Part shown: piece after piece, positions 1 through 10,119 of the stretch
Layout of the letters: each line of letters begins with the position of its first letter
Numbering within the stretch: the first letter of the stretch is position 1
From: Elusimicrobiota bacterium
Lineage (GTDB): Bacteria > Elusimicrobiota > UBA8919
Assembly: GCA_028718185.1 (NCBI GenBank)
Contig: JAQUMH010000004.1
Coordinates: 10,334 to 74,333 of the forward strand
Direction: 5' to 3'
Length of the DNA: 64,000 nt
The notes under the pieces: model-generated
Told to the model about the DNA's origin: nothing
The model's input: the letters and a program-made list of their open reading frames with translations, nothing else
Database searches by the model: none
Made by a program: the position numbers and the translations under genes

Positions 1-241
1 ATATAACATGAGGACTGTAAAATACTCGTTCAAGCATAATTCCTGCATCTTTGACATTTTGTGTATCTTTGGTCCCTTTCATTTTAAATATATGATTAGT
101 ATAACCATTGTATTTTACAAACGTACCTTTGGATTGCGAAAAATCAACAGTTACATCAGCGTTTAAAAAAACACGAGAGCTCATTAATAAAAAGAAAATA
201 GAACTTAAAATTATAAACCTGAATTTAATGTTTTTAATCAT
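1..241 (-). CDS. Partial CDS (N-terminus only, runs off the window start): secreted hypothetical protein with a signal peptide (MIKNIKFRFIILSSIFFLLMSSRVFLNA...).
   Basis: ATG at 241 on the minus strand with an open frame to the window edge. The N-terminus is a hydrophobic signal-like segment. It is absent from the ORF track because it is truncated. Confidence 0.35.
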   Translation of the reverse strand, partial: MIKNIKFRFIILSSIFFLLMSSRVFLNADVTVDFSQSKGTFVKYNGYTNHIFKMKGTKDTQNVKDAGIMLERVFYSPHVI

Positions 242-388
242 ATAATATTTCCTTGTGTTATGTAATATCTAATGGATTGTATCATTCTTGTATTTCTGTT
301 TTATTTTTTTTGTCTCTATTCATCGGAACAAAAAAAATAAAGAAGTCTACTAGAAAACCAGTCAATTAACTTAATTAAGTTTTTCAAC

Positions 389-420
389 TTAATTCATTAA
401 TTCACTAATTCACTAATTCA
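389..420. repeat. Tandem octamer repeat (TTAATTCA/CTAATTCA x4) directly abutting leader-element copy 1.
   Basis: Direct reading shows ttaattca ttaattca ctaattca ctaattca. The same octamer array recurs at 45865-45896 and 56751-56782. Confidence 0.6.
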
Positions 421-741
421 CTTCTTTTGTTTTCGGCAACCTTGCTGGCTTGATAGTTTTTAGTCTTGCCACAAGCGGTTTATCACAAAGCGGTTTACAC
501 GCTTGTGATTTACTTGCTTGTTGTTCGTCGCTTATCGGCAACCTGTGTTGGCATTCACTATCTTAGCCCTTGGTTTTGCGAACTCATCCCACTTTCATGG
601 GAGCAGCCTTTTCGGAATTCGCACTCGCAGGTCGGAGCTACTGCACCGACCGAGTTAATGCTCGGAGTTCGGACCTACTGGACCGAACGAGAACATAACC
701 CCGATGTTAATCGTGGGAATGCAACCCCGCAGTAAGCGGGG
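421..741. repeat. Conserved intergenic structured element, copy 1 of 5. It has a 5' conserved core (cttcttttgttttcggYaaccttgctggcttgatag...ttatcggcaacctgttggc...cttagcccttggttttgcgaactcatccNNtttcNNgggag.agccttttcgga) plus REP-like GC hairpins and a terminal ccccgc-loop-gcgggg hairpin.
   Basis: Near-identical copies occur at 11345-11600, 16222-16605, 45897-46080 and 56783-56965. The small hairpin shows compensatory changes across copies (ccca/tggg, cccga/tcggg, cctga/tcagg, cccg/cggg). The ORF-track ORF 466-735 inside it is not conserved in frame, so this is non-coding. Confidence 0.6.
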
Positions 742-987
742 TAAAACAATACTGTTTACTTTAGTTTCTGCACGTTTCTACTAATGAAGTATAACACATA
801 AATTGAAAAAAGTCAATGACTAATATTGCTAAATAGTTGACTAATATTGTGTTATTTATACCTAAAACTACCCATAGTTGAAAAAAAATATATAAATTAC
901 TTTATGCAGACCTGTTTTATAACATCCTATGGCTTTAGATTTTGAACCCAAAACCCTATAACTCTATAACTCTATAACGCGTCTATC

Positions 988-3900
988 TTACTTTATCAGT
1001 CCTATTTTTCCGGTCTTCTTTTTACCTGTTCCGTCTTCTATCTGGTATATATATACTCCCTTACCTACTTTGTCGCCATCGTCATTCTTTCCATCCCACT
1101 CGAGCCAGCCAAGATTACCAAAATCGAGCTCTTTGAGTTCTCTCACTAATTCACCTGTCACACTATACAACTTCATAACACTGTTTATTGGAAGATTTGT
1201 TACCTTTAACTTACCTAAAACCGCTGTTGACGGATTATACGGGTTCGGATACACTTTAACATTACTCATATCTGCTGATACATAACTGCCCAATATTCTA
1301 TATGTTGAGAAATGTGTGACTGTTGCGGTAACAGTATTGTTAAATTTGTCTACTGTCTGGACACCTGTCACCAAATCCCAATCTGTCCCGTTCCAGTAAT
1401 ATATCCTTAACCCATCTTCGTTTAATGTCCCTATGTCCGTTTTTGTATATGGTATCGTTATGTTTACTGCTCGTGTGAATGTCTGGTTCTCCAGGACAGG
1501 AGCATTTTCAGCACCATATGTTAACTCGCCAAAATCATAACATATAGGATTAACTGTGTTAACATATTTCATCGTATTTCGAACTGCAGGTGCTGCACTC
1601 GTCTTTATTGACGCAAGATACTTGTTCGTAGATAACACGCCTGTAGGTATTAGTATCTTTAATCCATTGGCTCCCCGTATTGTTCCACCCTGGTAGCCTA
1701 CTAACTTTGAGATATACATATCACTGAAATTTATCACTACCGGCGCCGTGGTATCACCTGTTAACTCTATAGTATTTATGTCACTACGGAACGGGATTGA
1801 AACTTCCTTCTCACCTGCATCTGACTCGGTTAATGTTGAATCTGTTGTATTTAGGACACTACTCTTACTGTTCTTAGTTGTAAGAGTTATTGTCCCGGTG
1901 TAATCAGTCGCCAAACTACCCTCATCTATATTATATACCTGCACCTTAAACCTCAAACTCGCTGATGGTGTTGCTCCTACCTTGGTTGTAGTTGTCCCGT
2001 CATCATAGTAATATGTATATATTTTGTGCTTTAAGTTAGATGTTTTGAAACTGTATTGTGATGATGTTGCAAGGTTACCGGATGAGTCACGGCTGTAGAC
2101 TTTGTAATAATAGGTCTTCCCTTTCTGTAGCCCGGTAATAGGGACACTGTGTAATCTTGTAGGTGTTGTATCTAATGCAGTTGTCGTACCCATTGCCGTT
2201 GTAGTTCCGTATGCTACCTGTGAATCTGAGTTCTCATCAGTATTCCACGTTATCACAGCACTATTTATTGTTACTCCGGCTGATACATTGCTTATTACAG
2301 GCGGATTAGGGTCATTAAGAATAGTTGTAAAACTGTAATCGCCGGTCGTTGTCGTGTTACCATTCATATCTACAGACACCATCCTGTAATGATATAATGT
2401 GCTTTGAGTAAGCCCGCTTAATGTAACACTATGCAAATACACCCCAGTGGCATCTGTTACCGGAGTTGCACTGCCATAACTTGTCGTTAATCCATATTCT
2501 ATCTTACTGTTTGCTAACTCATTTGTTGTCCATGTTATAACCGAACCATTGCCGGTTATGTTAGTTGGTATTACTACACTTACTGTTGGCGGTGTTGTAT
2601 CCGGAGTTATACTTATCAACTTGATGTAATCAAAATTACCGGTATCTGTACTACCGGCGTCCATTACTAACTTCATTATCTGGTTGCCTGCAGTAAGCGT
2701 TACTGAGTTTGCGACTGTTATATCTGTAAATGCCTGCCAATTAACAGTATTAGGTACGCTTACCGATGGTGTTATTACAAGTGGTGTTCCATTGTGAGGA
2801 CCAAATTCAATATGGAACGGACTTGCATTTGATATTCCGCAACCTGCTCTTGCTATTACTTTATAGTTGCCACTTTGATTTACATTTATACTATATTCTA
2901 ACCATTCGGTTGGTACTGCAAAACCTATATCGTAACCACCAGTTGTGATTGCTTCAATATCCACTCCCTCGGTTAGCCTGTATGCTCCGCCTAAATTGTC
3001 GGAAGTTGTATCATGATATGATAAGCCCTCACCACTACCTCCGCTTATTATCCAATCAAAATTCTCTGCCTCTATCGTTGTTGTTCCTGTTACTATATTC
3101 CATGGATACCCGCTATTGCCATACGACTGCTGCGTTGAAATGATTGTTACTGTGTATGCTACACTATTTACTGAACTATCGGTCATACCAGTTTTGAACG
3201 CACGGGCACGGACTGTTGCACTCGCAGTTAATGTAAACGGTGCTGAATATAATGTTGACGATGATGTCGGGTCTGTTCCGTTTGTTGTATATCTTATCTC
3301 TGCCCCGCTGGTTGCACAACCTAATGTTACTGTAACAGAACTTATATATGTTCCTGCTGCCGGGCTAATTGTTGGTGTCGCCACTACACTTGGAGTATCT
3401 GCAATTATTTTTACTAATTTAATGAAGTTAATATTACCACAAGTAGTTGCTACATTAGAATCCATTACTAACTTCATTATCTGGTTGCCTGCAGTAAGCG
3501 TTACTCCTGTTGAAAGTGTTACATCCGTCCATGTCTGCCAGCCGGTTGTATTAGGTATACTTACTGATGGTATTGTTTGAACATAAGTAGCATTATTTTT
3601 AGCGAACTCAAGATGTATTGGACCATTACCTGACAGTTGACTGGCTCCTCTAACTAATATCTTATATTGTCCATCCTGATTAACATTTATACTGTATTCC
3701 AGCCACTCGGTTGGTGCTGTATTCTCCACATCGTATCCAGCACCCGTATCGGTGCATGCTTCCACATCTACTCCTTCTGTTGTCCTGTATGCACCACCCT
3801 CATTGCTGGTTGTTAAATCATGGTATGAATTACCTTCTCCGGTACCACTCGTCATCATATCGTAATCTTCTGCCTGTATAGTTGTTGTCCCTGTTCCTAT

Positions 3901-4308
3901 CAACCATGCTACGCCCGCGGGATATGCCTGCTGTTGTGGTGTAACAGCTGTTACTGTATATGCCACACTATTTACTGAACTATCGGTCATTGCAGCTTTG
4001 AACGCACGGGCTTTTACTGTTGCACTCGCAGTTAATGTAAATGGTGTGGAGTATAATGTTGACAATGATGTCGGGTCTGTTCCATTTGTTGTATATCTTA
4101 TTGAAGCTCCACCGGTTGTACAACTAAGTGTTACAGTAACAGAACTTGTATATGTTCCTGCATTTGGACTAATTGTCGGTGTATCTACCATATTAGGTAT
4201 ATCTGCATTTATTTTCACTAAATTAATATAGTTAAAATTACCTGCAGCTTCCAATGTACCTGCGTCCATTACTAATTTAAATATCTGATTGCCTGCAGTA
4301 ATCGCCAC
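988..4308 (-). CDS. C-terminal fragment of giant surface protein A. It contains tandem CBM6 plus chitobiase/beta-hexosaminidase C-terminal (CHB_HEX_C)-like modules, two FN3-like domains, a beta-sandwich region and a T9SS type-A C-terminal sorting domain (ends KIGLIK). It begins mid-domain with a GTG inside a CBM6.
   Basis: CBM6 hallmarks are visible (IxAEDYD...GEG.YHD...YRTTEGVDVE...GEWLEYS.NV...GNYK...HLEF...AGNQIMKLVMD). The CTD motif is YPNPYNP...KLYSVTGELVRELKE...WDGKNDDGDKVGKGVYIYQIE...KIGLIK. The ORF starts in the middle of a CBM6 (VAITAGNQIFKLVMD). Confidence 0.7.
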   Translation of the reverse strand: MAITAGNQIFKLVMDAGTLEAAGNFNYINLVKINADIPNMVDTPTISPNAGTYTSSVTVTLSCTTGGASIRYTTNGTDPTSLSTLYSTPFTLTASATVKARAFKAAMTDSSVNSVAYTVTAVTPQQQAYPAGVAWLIGTGTTTIQAEDYDMMTSGTGEGNSYHDLTTSNEGGAYRTTEGVDVEACTDTGAGYDVENTAPTEWLEYSINVNQDGQYKILVRGASQLSGNGPIHLEFAKNNATYVQTIPSVSIPNTTGWQTWTDVTLSTGVTLTAGNQIMKLVMDSNVATTCGNINFIKLVKIIADTPSVVATPTISPAAGTYISSVTVTLGCATSGAEIRYTTNGTDPTSSSTLYSAPFTLTASATVRARAFKTGMTDSSVNSVAYTVTIISTQQSYGNSGYPWNIVTGTTTIEAENFDWIISGGSGEGLSYHDTTSDNLGGAYRLTEGVDIEAITTGGYDIGFAVPTEWLEYSINVNQSGNYKVIARAGCGISNASPFHIEFGPHNGTPLVITPSVSVPNTVNWQAFTDITVANSVTLTAGNQIMKLVMDAGSTDTGNFDYIKLISITPDTTPPTVSVVIPTNITGNGSVITWTTNELANSKIEYGLTTSYGSATPVTDATGVYLHSVTLSGLTQSTLYHYRMVSVDMNGNTTTTGDYSFTTILNDPNPPVISNVSAGVTINSAVITWNTDENSDSQVAYGTTTAMGTTTALDTTPTRLHSVPITGLQKGKTYYYKVYSRDSSGNLATSSQYSFKTSNLKHKIYTYYYDDGTTTTKVGATPSASLRFKVQVYNIDEGSLATDYTGTITLTTKNSKSSVLNTTDSTLTESDAGEKEVSIPFRSDINTIELTGDTTAPVVINFSDMYISKLVGYQGGTIRGANGLKILIPTGVLSTNKYLASIKTSAAPAVRNTMKYVNTVNPICYDFGELTYGAENAPVLENQTFTRAVNITIPYTKTDIGTLNEDGLRIYYWNGTDWDLVTGVQTVDKFNNTVTATVTHFSTYRILGSYVSADMSNVKVYPNPYNPSTAVLGKLKVTNLPINSVMKLYSVTGELVRELKELDFGNLGWLEWDGKNDDGDKVGKGVYIYQIEDGTGKKKTGKIGLIK

Positions 4309-4376
4309 ATTGGTTGCAACTTCTACATCTATCCATGTTTGCCAACCACCTGTTGCCGGAACAGTGATTGGTGGTG

Positions 4377-7300
4377 TTATACTATAGTACCAAATTCAAG
4401 ATGTATAGGATTACCGGTAGTTGCAAGTCCATTAGCTGTTCTTAGTATAATTTTGTATTCACCACTTTGATTTACATTTACACTATATTCAAGCCATTCA
4501 CCTGGCTGTGTCCAACCTACATCATAACCATTACCGGTATCGGTACATGCTTCCACATCTACTGCCTCTGTTGTCCTGTATGCACCACCTTCATTGCTTG
4601 TTGTTAAATCATGGTATGAATTACCTTCTCCGGTACCACTCGTCATCATATCGTAATCTTCTGCTTGTATTGTTGTTGTCCCTGTTCCTATCAACCATGC
4701 TACGCCCGCGGGATATGCCTGCTGTTGCGGCGTAACGGCTGTTACTGTATATGCTGCGCTATTTACTGAACTGTCGGTCATTGCAACTTTGAACGCACGG
4801 GCTTTTATTGTTGCACTCGCGGTTAATGTAAACGGTGCGGAGTATAATGTTGACAATGATGTCGGGTCTGTGCCGTCAGTTGTATATCTTATTGCGGCCC
4901 CACTGGTTGTACAACTAAGTGTTACAGTAACAGAACTTGTATATGTTCCTGCATTTGGACTAATTGTCGGTATTGAAACCACAGGTAAATCTGCATTTGC
5001 TTTTATTAATTGGATGTAGTTAATATCTCCATTACCGGATGCAGAACTATTGTCCATAACCAACTTCATTGTCTGGTTACCTGCGTTAAGTGTTACTCCG
5101 GGTGAAAGTGTTACATCTGTGAATGTATCGTAACTACCTGTGGGAGGTGTGCCTGCTGACGGTGTTGTTTGAACATAAGTTGCATTATTTTGGACGAATT
5201 CAATGTGTATCGGACCACCGTTGATTGTATCTCCGTTGGCGCCCCTAAGTATTATTTTGTAGTTACCGGCTTGATTCACATTTACGCTGTATTCTAACCA
5301 CTCACCCGGTGCTGTCCAGCCTACCTGGTAACCAGCGCCTGCATCTGAAACAACTTGTCGGACATCTACTCCTTCCGTCGTCCTGTAATCATTACCCATC
5401 GAATTACCTTCATTGAGAGATGCTGTATCATGATATGCCTCACCCTCACCGGTACCACTCGTCATCATATCGTAATCTTCTGCCTGTATAGTTGTTGTCC
5501 CTGCTCCTATTAACCACGCTACGCCGGCAGGATATGCCTGCTGCGTTGCCGGCGTACCTCCGGTTATAGTTACTACTTGTGCTGATGTCGTGGCTGTAGT
5601 ATTATTATTATCTGTTGCTTTCGCCGTTATACTGTAACTTCCCGCAGGAACATTATTCCATACAAACTCATATGGCGAACCGGTGTCTGTTCCAAGCCAT
5701 GTACTGCCGTTGTAAAAATCTACTTGTTTTATACCTAAAGAGCTGGATGCATCTACATCTATAGTTAAAGTTGCAGGTTCCTTACCGCCATTTGAAACGT
5801 TAATTGAGGTTATACTTACATTTGGCGGTATAACAGCTGTTGTATCCAATATCCGCAGAGCTATATCTTCAGTATAAGCCGGTGGTGTTAATACCTTAGA
5901 ACCTGTCGAATTTTGTGTAAAGGTTTCTGTCTTATCTATATTCCCTGTTTTAGTATTAACCCACTCTGCTTTATAATTGCCCGCTACTAAATTAACCGTA
6001 AGCGAAGCTTGACCTCCTGATCCTAAATAATAAGCATACTGTTTGTTACTACTATTACCAACCAGCGCTCTCACAGCCGGAGCTCTTGAACTGTCAGGTG
6101 TCATTTTAACAAAATTAACGGAATGAATAAAATCTTTAGCAATTTTAATAATACCGCGTAAAGACGGGTCACCTGTTGTAAGTCCGCATTGTGTGCCGTC
6201 GGCACACATTGTGCATTTAACCGAACCATCCGGTACCAGATAGGTGAACGAGTCATCACACAAATTCCATAGTGCACCACCGGCTAAAATCCATTTCCAT
6301 AACATTCTGCGAATTTTAAGATAATTATCACCTTGATATGTTACCTCGGTACATGCTAAAGGTTTGTTATAACTTAAGTAATTAGCAGTAAGATCAGATT
6401 GAGCATCGGGTTCTTCATCATAATGATCCCATGCAATCACATTTGCATTTGTAAAAGGAACAGGATCGCCATTATTATCACCGACAGCGTTTTGAACAAT
6501 AAGATGCTTTTTCGGGAGGGATGCCTCTGCTGCGATTATTTTATTCATTGTGTTACTGTCAAATGAACCTGACATAACTCTATTAGTTTCAGTTCCATTG
6601 TAATTAGGTTCCATTGTTAGAAGATACATAACATTGTCAAATCCATTTAATTCTGTAACCACCTTAGTAATCATAGCGTTTATATATGGTGTCAAACCTC
6701 CGTTACTGTTAAGATCCCAAACACTATTTAAACCACTGGTTGTCCAAGAAGCTGTGTTTCCTACGCCGTTGATATTATTAATTGAATTCATGGGATTACG
6801 TTTCCAGAATTCATCACCCGGAAGATCATTCCGGTTCCAAAAAGGAATGAAAAAGACAAAGTCCACTACTATACCGCGGTCACTAGCTTTCTGAACGAAA
6901 TCTTTGAGACGGGGAAAATATGAATTAGCCGACGTGCCTTGATCGTCCCACTTGGACAGATCAAATTTATATGTGTTCAGGTCTACAGTTCTTCTCCAAG
7001 GACAGACAAATTTGTTATCATCCGGACCAAGAGGGTTATCTCTATAATTCCACCAGTTGTGATAACCTGGATGATTCCACCAATTGTTTCCGGCTCCTTC
7101 AGCATACATTCCGGAACAAATTTGCACATAATTAAGTCCTTTGGACTGGAGTTCATTCAAATATGGAACATAATCAAAAGCAAGATTCATTACCGAACCA
7201 TAATGTTCATTGGACCCAACCAGGACTGTCGGTTTGCCTTTATATAAAAAGTAATGCGGATTATCAGGATGAAGTTTTATCGGCTCTGTAGTTATTACTT

Positions 7301-10064
7301 TCGTGCCTGGAGTTCCTATTGTTGCAGTCAAACTGCGCCATGCGGATTCTATCGTATCTTTAGTGGTTGCATAATCGCGACTATCGGCAAAACCTATTGT
7401 AAAATATGCCGGTGTAAAATTCATATTCTTTACTAAATAATCTGCACCTCTACCAAACCCGAACACTGTCATTGGAGTTGTAGGACCTGCCATTGTATAG
7501 TATGTATCATATAAATTATCCGGTTGGTTATGGTTAATTACATATAAACTCCTGTTTATTGTTCCATCAGCAAAATACACCCACTCGGGGTCAGGTAAAT
7601 CTATGTTTGACGCTGTGGTCGCGGTTATATTCATTTGTGTATTGTTTGATTGTACTATATAATCAGAAGCAGTATTTAATGTCCCACCGGGGGTTCCTTC
7701 GTATAAAAACCAATAATTTCTTGAAGGATCTCTCTGATACAGAGTCATTCTTGCATATTTAGGAAATATATCCCAGTAACATTTCCAATTGTTGTCACTA
7801 CTTATTGAGTTTATCCTGACTTTCAATGGTCCCTGACTTACTATGTTACTTGTTGATGCTCCTTTACTTGCTGATGAACCATCAAACCCCGGATGAAAAT
7901 AACAGTTCAGTGTGGTATCATGCACCATATTTGGTATTCCCCGGTATTCGCCTGATGCTTGATTACCTACTGAATAACTAAGCCAATCGTTATTCTGGGA
8001 ATCTACCATGCTGGAAAAACCTGCTCCTATCTTATGATAATAATATGTTGCATTCGCTGTATCAAACTTATAACTTGACTGTCCCTCATCCGTTACATTA
8101 TCCGTTAATGTTACCTGATTTGTAAAATTAACTTTTGTTATTGATGAATCTACATCAAAATATATCCTGAAATATCTCGTTGCGTTTGCATTTGTAGTAC
8201 CACTCATCATAAATGTAACTGTACCGATTGCATTACTTGCCGCATTATATGCAGAATCCTTATCAAACTGAAATACTACACTATCATTTATTATTGTATT
8301 ACCTGTACTATCGGTCTCTCTCACTCTTAAAGAATTTTCATTTAAACTGCCATTTACACTAAGGGCTGTAAGATACTGTGTAAAATTAACTGCTACTTCT
8401 ACAGGTTTATCGGACCTTGCATAACTGCCGACTGCCACTGTTACCGGTACATAATATAATGGGTCACCCTGAGTAGGAAGTGTAATAGTAAATGCCGCTG
8501 TTACGATATTGCTGTCTAACATACCAGATTTATAAGCCATTGCTTTTATTGTAGCATTACCAGATAATGTTATTGGACCGGAATATACATTACCGTTTGT
8601 TGAGGATGGGTTACTGCCATCGGTTGTATACTTTACAACTGCTCCGCCTGTTGCACAATTAATATATACTGTCTGGGCGCTGGTATATGTCCCACCATTG
8701 GGATTTATTACAGGGTCTGCCACCAACTGCATTCCGCCGGTATTATACCGGACAAGAAGCACAGGTCCGGGAAGCAGAACTTCGGTTCCATGTTCAACTG
8801 TCTGGTTAACAACTTTAACAGTCATAGCAGTATTACTCAAAAGTGATTTATCAACGGGTCTTGTTCCAAGTGCATAAGTATAAAGAGTATTGGAATCTTG
8901 AGTGTTGCCGGCATTGACAGCATTAATAGTAAACGGAGCGTTATCACTTGCCCATGTTCTCCAATACATTATACTTTCTATTGCTTTAGTTAAGTCATGC
9001 AAACCGCTCGATTGTGCAGCGGGTATTGTTATAGTACAAGATATATCAACACCTGTACGCTGTGCCCAGTCCGCCGGTAAGCTATTAGGTTTATAAATCA
9101 CTGTTGTGTATCCAGCGTGTGATATTGTAAGATTTGTTATTTCGGGTGTTACATACCAGTAACCATTTGCAGCTTTTATCCTTGCTTTTAGTTTTACACT
9201 GCCTTGGTCGGGTATATATTTAGTATTCCATGTTACTCCCCACGGTGCTGAGGTCGCACTTCCGACATTGTCCCTGATTGTTAAATCAGTGGAACTTTGC
9301 ACGGTTCCTAACCTGTTCCAGAATTCATGCCAATCTAAATAATAATTATTACCATTTTCATCAAACCCGTCATAATATGCAACATAATCTACTTTGGATA
9401 TACTTGAACCTGCCGGAGGTGTAGCGTTTAGTGAAATTGCAACCGATTCACCAATTGTACCGGCAGTTGGTCCTGTAATAGTACCTGATGGTGCTGAAAC
9501 TGCACTGGGTGTATAATATAATCTTAAGATTACACCATATTGTCCCCATTGTCCCCATCCATGAAATCCATCACATCCGGAATTGTCACCGCATGCAAAG
9601 TTAAAATTATTGGTGCCTGCTGTTAGTTGTGATAATTGACTTGTTATATTTATCTCAACATTATCTTGTAGCATATAACTATTTACATCCCCACCGCATG
9701 CTCCAAGATTAGCGATACTAACAGTATTATTAGGTACAGAAATCCAAGAATTACCATTTATATTAATAACTTTATTTATAGTTCCGGCATGTCCGCCCCA
9801 TCTGTCTATGATTATTTCAGCCCTTATTACATTCTGCAAATCTCCCGATACTAAACTTATTGTTTGAGCGTCATTTGGCAAAAAAGTTTTAGCAGTTGCA
9901 TTTGCTGTAGTTGGATCTGTTACGCGCCAGCCGTTATCATTATCAGCACACCTGCTATGAAATTCCTTATACACCTCTCCCGACTGCGGCGACGCATTTG
10001 AAAGCATACTTAATCCTATCATTACTACTGATAACATCATACACCATCTGATAATCTTACCCAT
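4377..10064 (-). CDS. N-terminal fragment of giant surface protein A. It has a signal peptide (MGKIIRWCMMLSVVMIGLSMLSNA), a chitobiase-C-like domain, a putative GH5/GH140-like TIM-barrel region (PIKLHPDNPHYFLYKGKPTVLVGSNEHYG...), an Ig-like domain, then CBM6 plus CHB_HEX_C modules. It ends inside a CBM6 (...NPIHLEFGTIV*).
   Basis: The likely true start is ATG at 10064, preceded by GGAGGG (SD). The ORF-track start at 10118 is an in-frame read of the 5' UTR. The same N-terminus with its SD is conserved in paralog B at 44537. The CDS terminates mid-domain. Confidence 0.7.
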   Translation of the reverse strand: MGKIIRWCMMLSVVMIGLSMLSNASPQSGEVYKEFHSRCADNDNGWRVTDPTTANATAKTFLPNDAQTISLVSGDLQNVIRAEIIIDRWGGHAGTINKVININGNSWISVPNNTVSIANLGACGGDVNSYMLQDNVEINITSQLSQLTAGTNNFNFACGDNSGCDGFHGWGQWGQYGVILRLYYTPSAVSAPSGTITGPTAGTIGESVAISLNATPPAGSSISKVDYVAYYDGFDENGNNYYLDWHEFWNRLGTVQSSTDLTIRDNVGSATSAPWGVTWNTKYIPDQGSVKLKARIKAANGYWYVTPEITNLTISHAGYTTVIYKPNSLPADWAQRTGVDISCTITIPAAQSSGLHDLTKAIESIMYWRTWASDNAPFTINAVNAGNTQDSNTLYTYALGTRPVDKSLLSNTAMTVKVVNQTVEHGTEVLLPGPVLLVRYNTGGMQLVADPVINPNGGTYTSAQTVYINCATGGAVVKYTTDGSNPSSTNGNVYSGPITLSGNATIKAMAYKSGMLDSNIVTAAFTITLPTQGDPLYYVPVTVAVGSYARSDKPVEVAVNFTQYLTALSVNGSLNENSLRVRETDSTGNTIINDSVVFQFDKDSAYNAASNAIGTVTFMMSGTTNANATRYFRIYFDVDSSITKVNFTNQVTLTDNVTDEGQSSYKFDTANATYYYHKIGAGFSSMVDSQNNDWLSYSVGNQASGEYRGIPNMVHDTTLNCYFHPGFDGSSASKGASTSNIVSQGPLKVRINSISSDNNWKCYWDIFPKYARMTLYQRDPSRNYWFLYEGTPGGTLNTASDYIVQSNNTQMNITATTASNIDLPDPEWVYFADGTINRSLYVINHNQPDNLYDTYYTMAGPTTPMTVFGFGRGADYLVKNMNFTPAYFTIGFADSRDYATTKDTIESAWRSLTATIGTPGTKVITTEPIKLHPDNPHYFLYKGKPTVLVGSNEHYGSVMNLAFDYVPYLNELQSKGLNYVQICSGMYAEGAGNNWWNHPGYHNWWNYRDNPLGPDDNKFVCPWRRTVDLNTYKFDLSKWDDQGTSANSYFPRLKDFVQKASDRGIVVDFVFFIPFWNRNDLPGDEFWKRNPMNSINNINGVGNTASWTTSGLNSVWDLNSNGGLTPYINAMITKVVTELNGFDNVMYLLTMEPNYNGTETNRVMSGSFDSNTMNKIIAAEASLPKKHLIVQNAVGDNNGDPVPFTNANVIAWDHYDEEPDAQSDLTANYLSYNKPLACTEVTYQGDNYLKIRRMLWKWILAGGALWNLCDDSFTYLVPDGSVKCTMCADGTQCGLTTGDPSLRGIIKIAKDFIHSVNFVKMTPDSSRAPAVRALVGNSSNKQYAYYLGSGGQASLTVNLVAGNYKAEWVNTKTGNIDKTETFTQNSTGSKVLTPPAYTEDIALRILDTTAVIPPNVSITSINVSNGGKEPATLTIDVDASSSLGIKQVDFYNGSTWLGTDTGSPYEFVWNNVPAGSYSITAKATDNNNTTATTSAQVVTITGGTPATQQAYPAGVAWLIGAGTTTIQAEDYDMMTSGTGEGEAYHDTASLNEGNSMGNDYRTTEGVDVRQVVSDAGAGYQVGWTAPGEWLEYSVNVNQAGNYKIILRGANGDTINGGPIHIEFVQNNATYVQTTPSAGTPPTGSYDTFTDVTLSPGVTLNAGNQTMKLVMDNSSASGNGDINYIQLIKANADLPVVSIPTISPNAGTYTSSVTVTLSCTTSGAAIRYTTDGTDPTSLSTLYSAPFTLTASATIKARAFKVAMTDSSVNSAAYTVTAVTPQQQAYPAGVAWLIGTGTTTIQAEDYDMMTSGTGEGNSYHDLTTSNEGGAYRTTEAVDVEACTDTGNGYDVGWTQPGEWLEYSVNVNQSGEYKIILRTANGLATTGNPIHLEFGTIV

Positions 10065-10119
10065 ACCTTTCCCTCCAGTTTTTCTATATATTTGATTCCT
10101 AATTTGGTTTATTTTCATA

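Larger units (their letters stand above)
988..10064 (-). pseudogene. Giant surface protein A as a single locus of about 3000 aa, disrupted at 4309-4376, where all three frames carry stops. It is either a pseudogene or an assembly or slippage artefact at a near-identical tandem-repeat boundary.
   Basis: The upstream ORF stops inside a CBM6 after HLEFG. The downstream frame resumes with ...ITPPITVPATGGWQTWIDVEVATNVAITAGNQ, which is the rest of a CBM6. About 10-12 residues of the domain are missing or shifted. The intact paralog B has the same architecture in one frame. Confidence 0.5.

Noticed and set aside
500-560. Possible sigma-54 (-24/-12) promoter at ttggcattcactatcttagcc and cccttggttttgcgaa within the leader element.
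   Set aside because: The GG and GC dinucleotides are not at the required 10-nt spacing (TGGCAC-N5-TTGCW) in any copy.
466-735. ORF-track ORFs 466-735, 11448-11648 and 16283-16465 lie inside the conserved leader elements and share peptide stretches (ILALGFANSSRF...).
   Set aside because: The conservation is at nucleotide level. Copy 1 reads the same DNA in a different frame, and hairpin covariation indicates RNA or DNA structure. No SD is present. They are treated as non-coding.
3116-3580. Many plus-strand ORFs of 60-150 aa inside the giant minus-strand genes (for example 3116-3580, 3998-4231, 4789-5019, 6939-7247, 39181-39516, 47826-48260).
   Set aside because: They are antisense shadows of highly repetitive, compositionally biased coding sequence. 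The recurring MNARAF... ORFs simply mirror the repeated CHB_HEX_C module. None has an RBS, and they read as low-complexity peptides.
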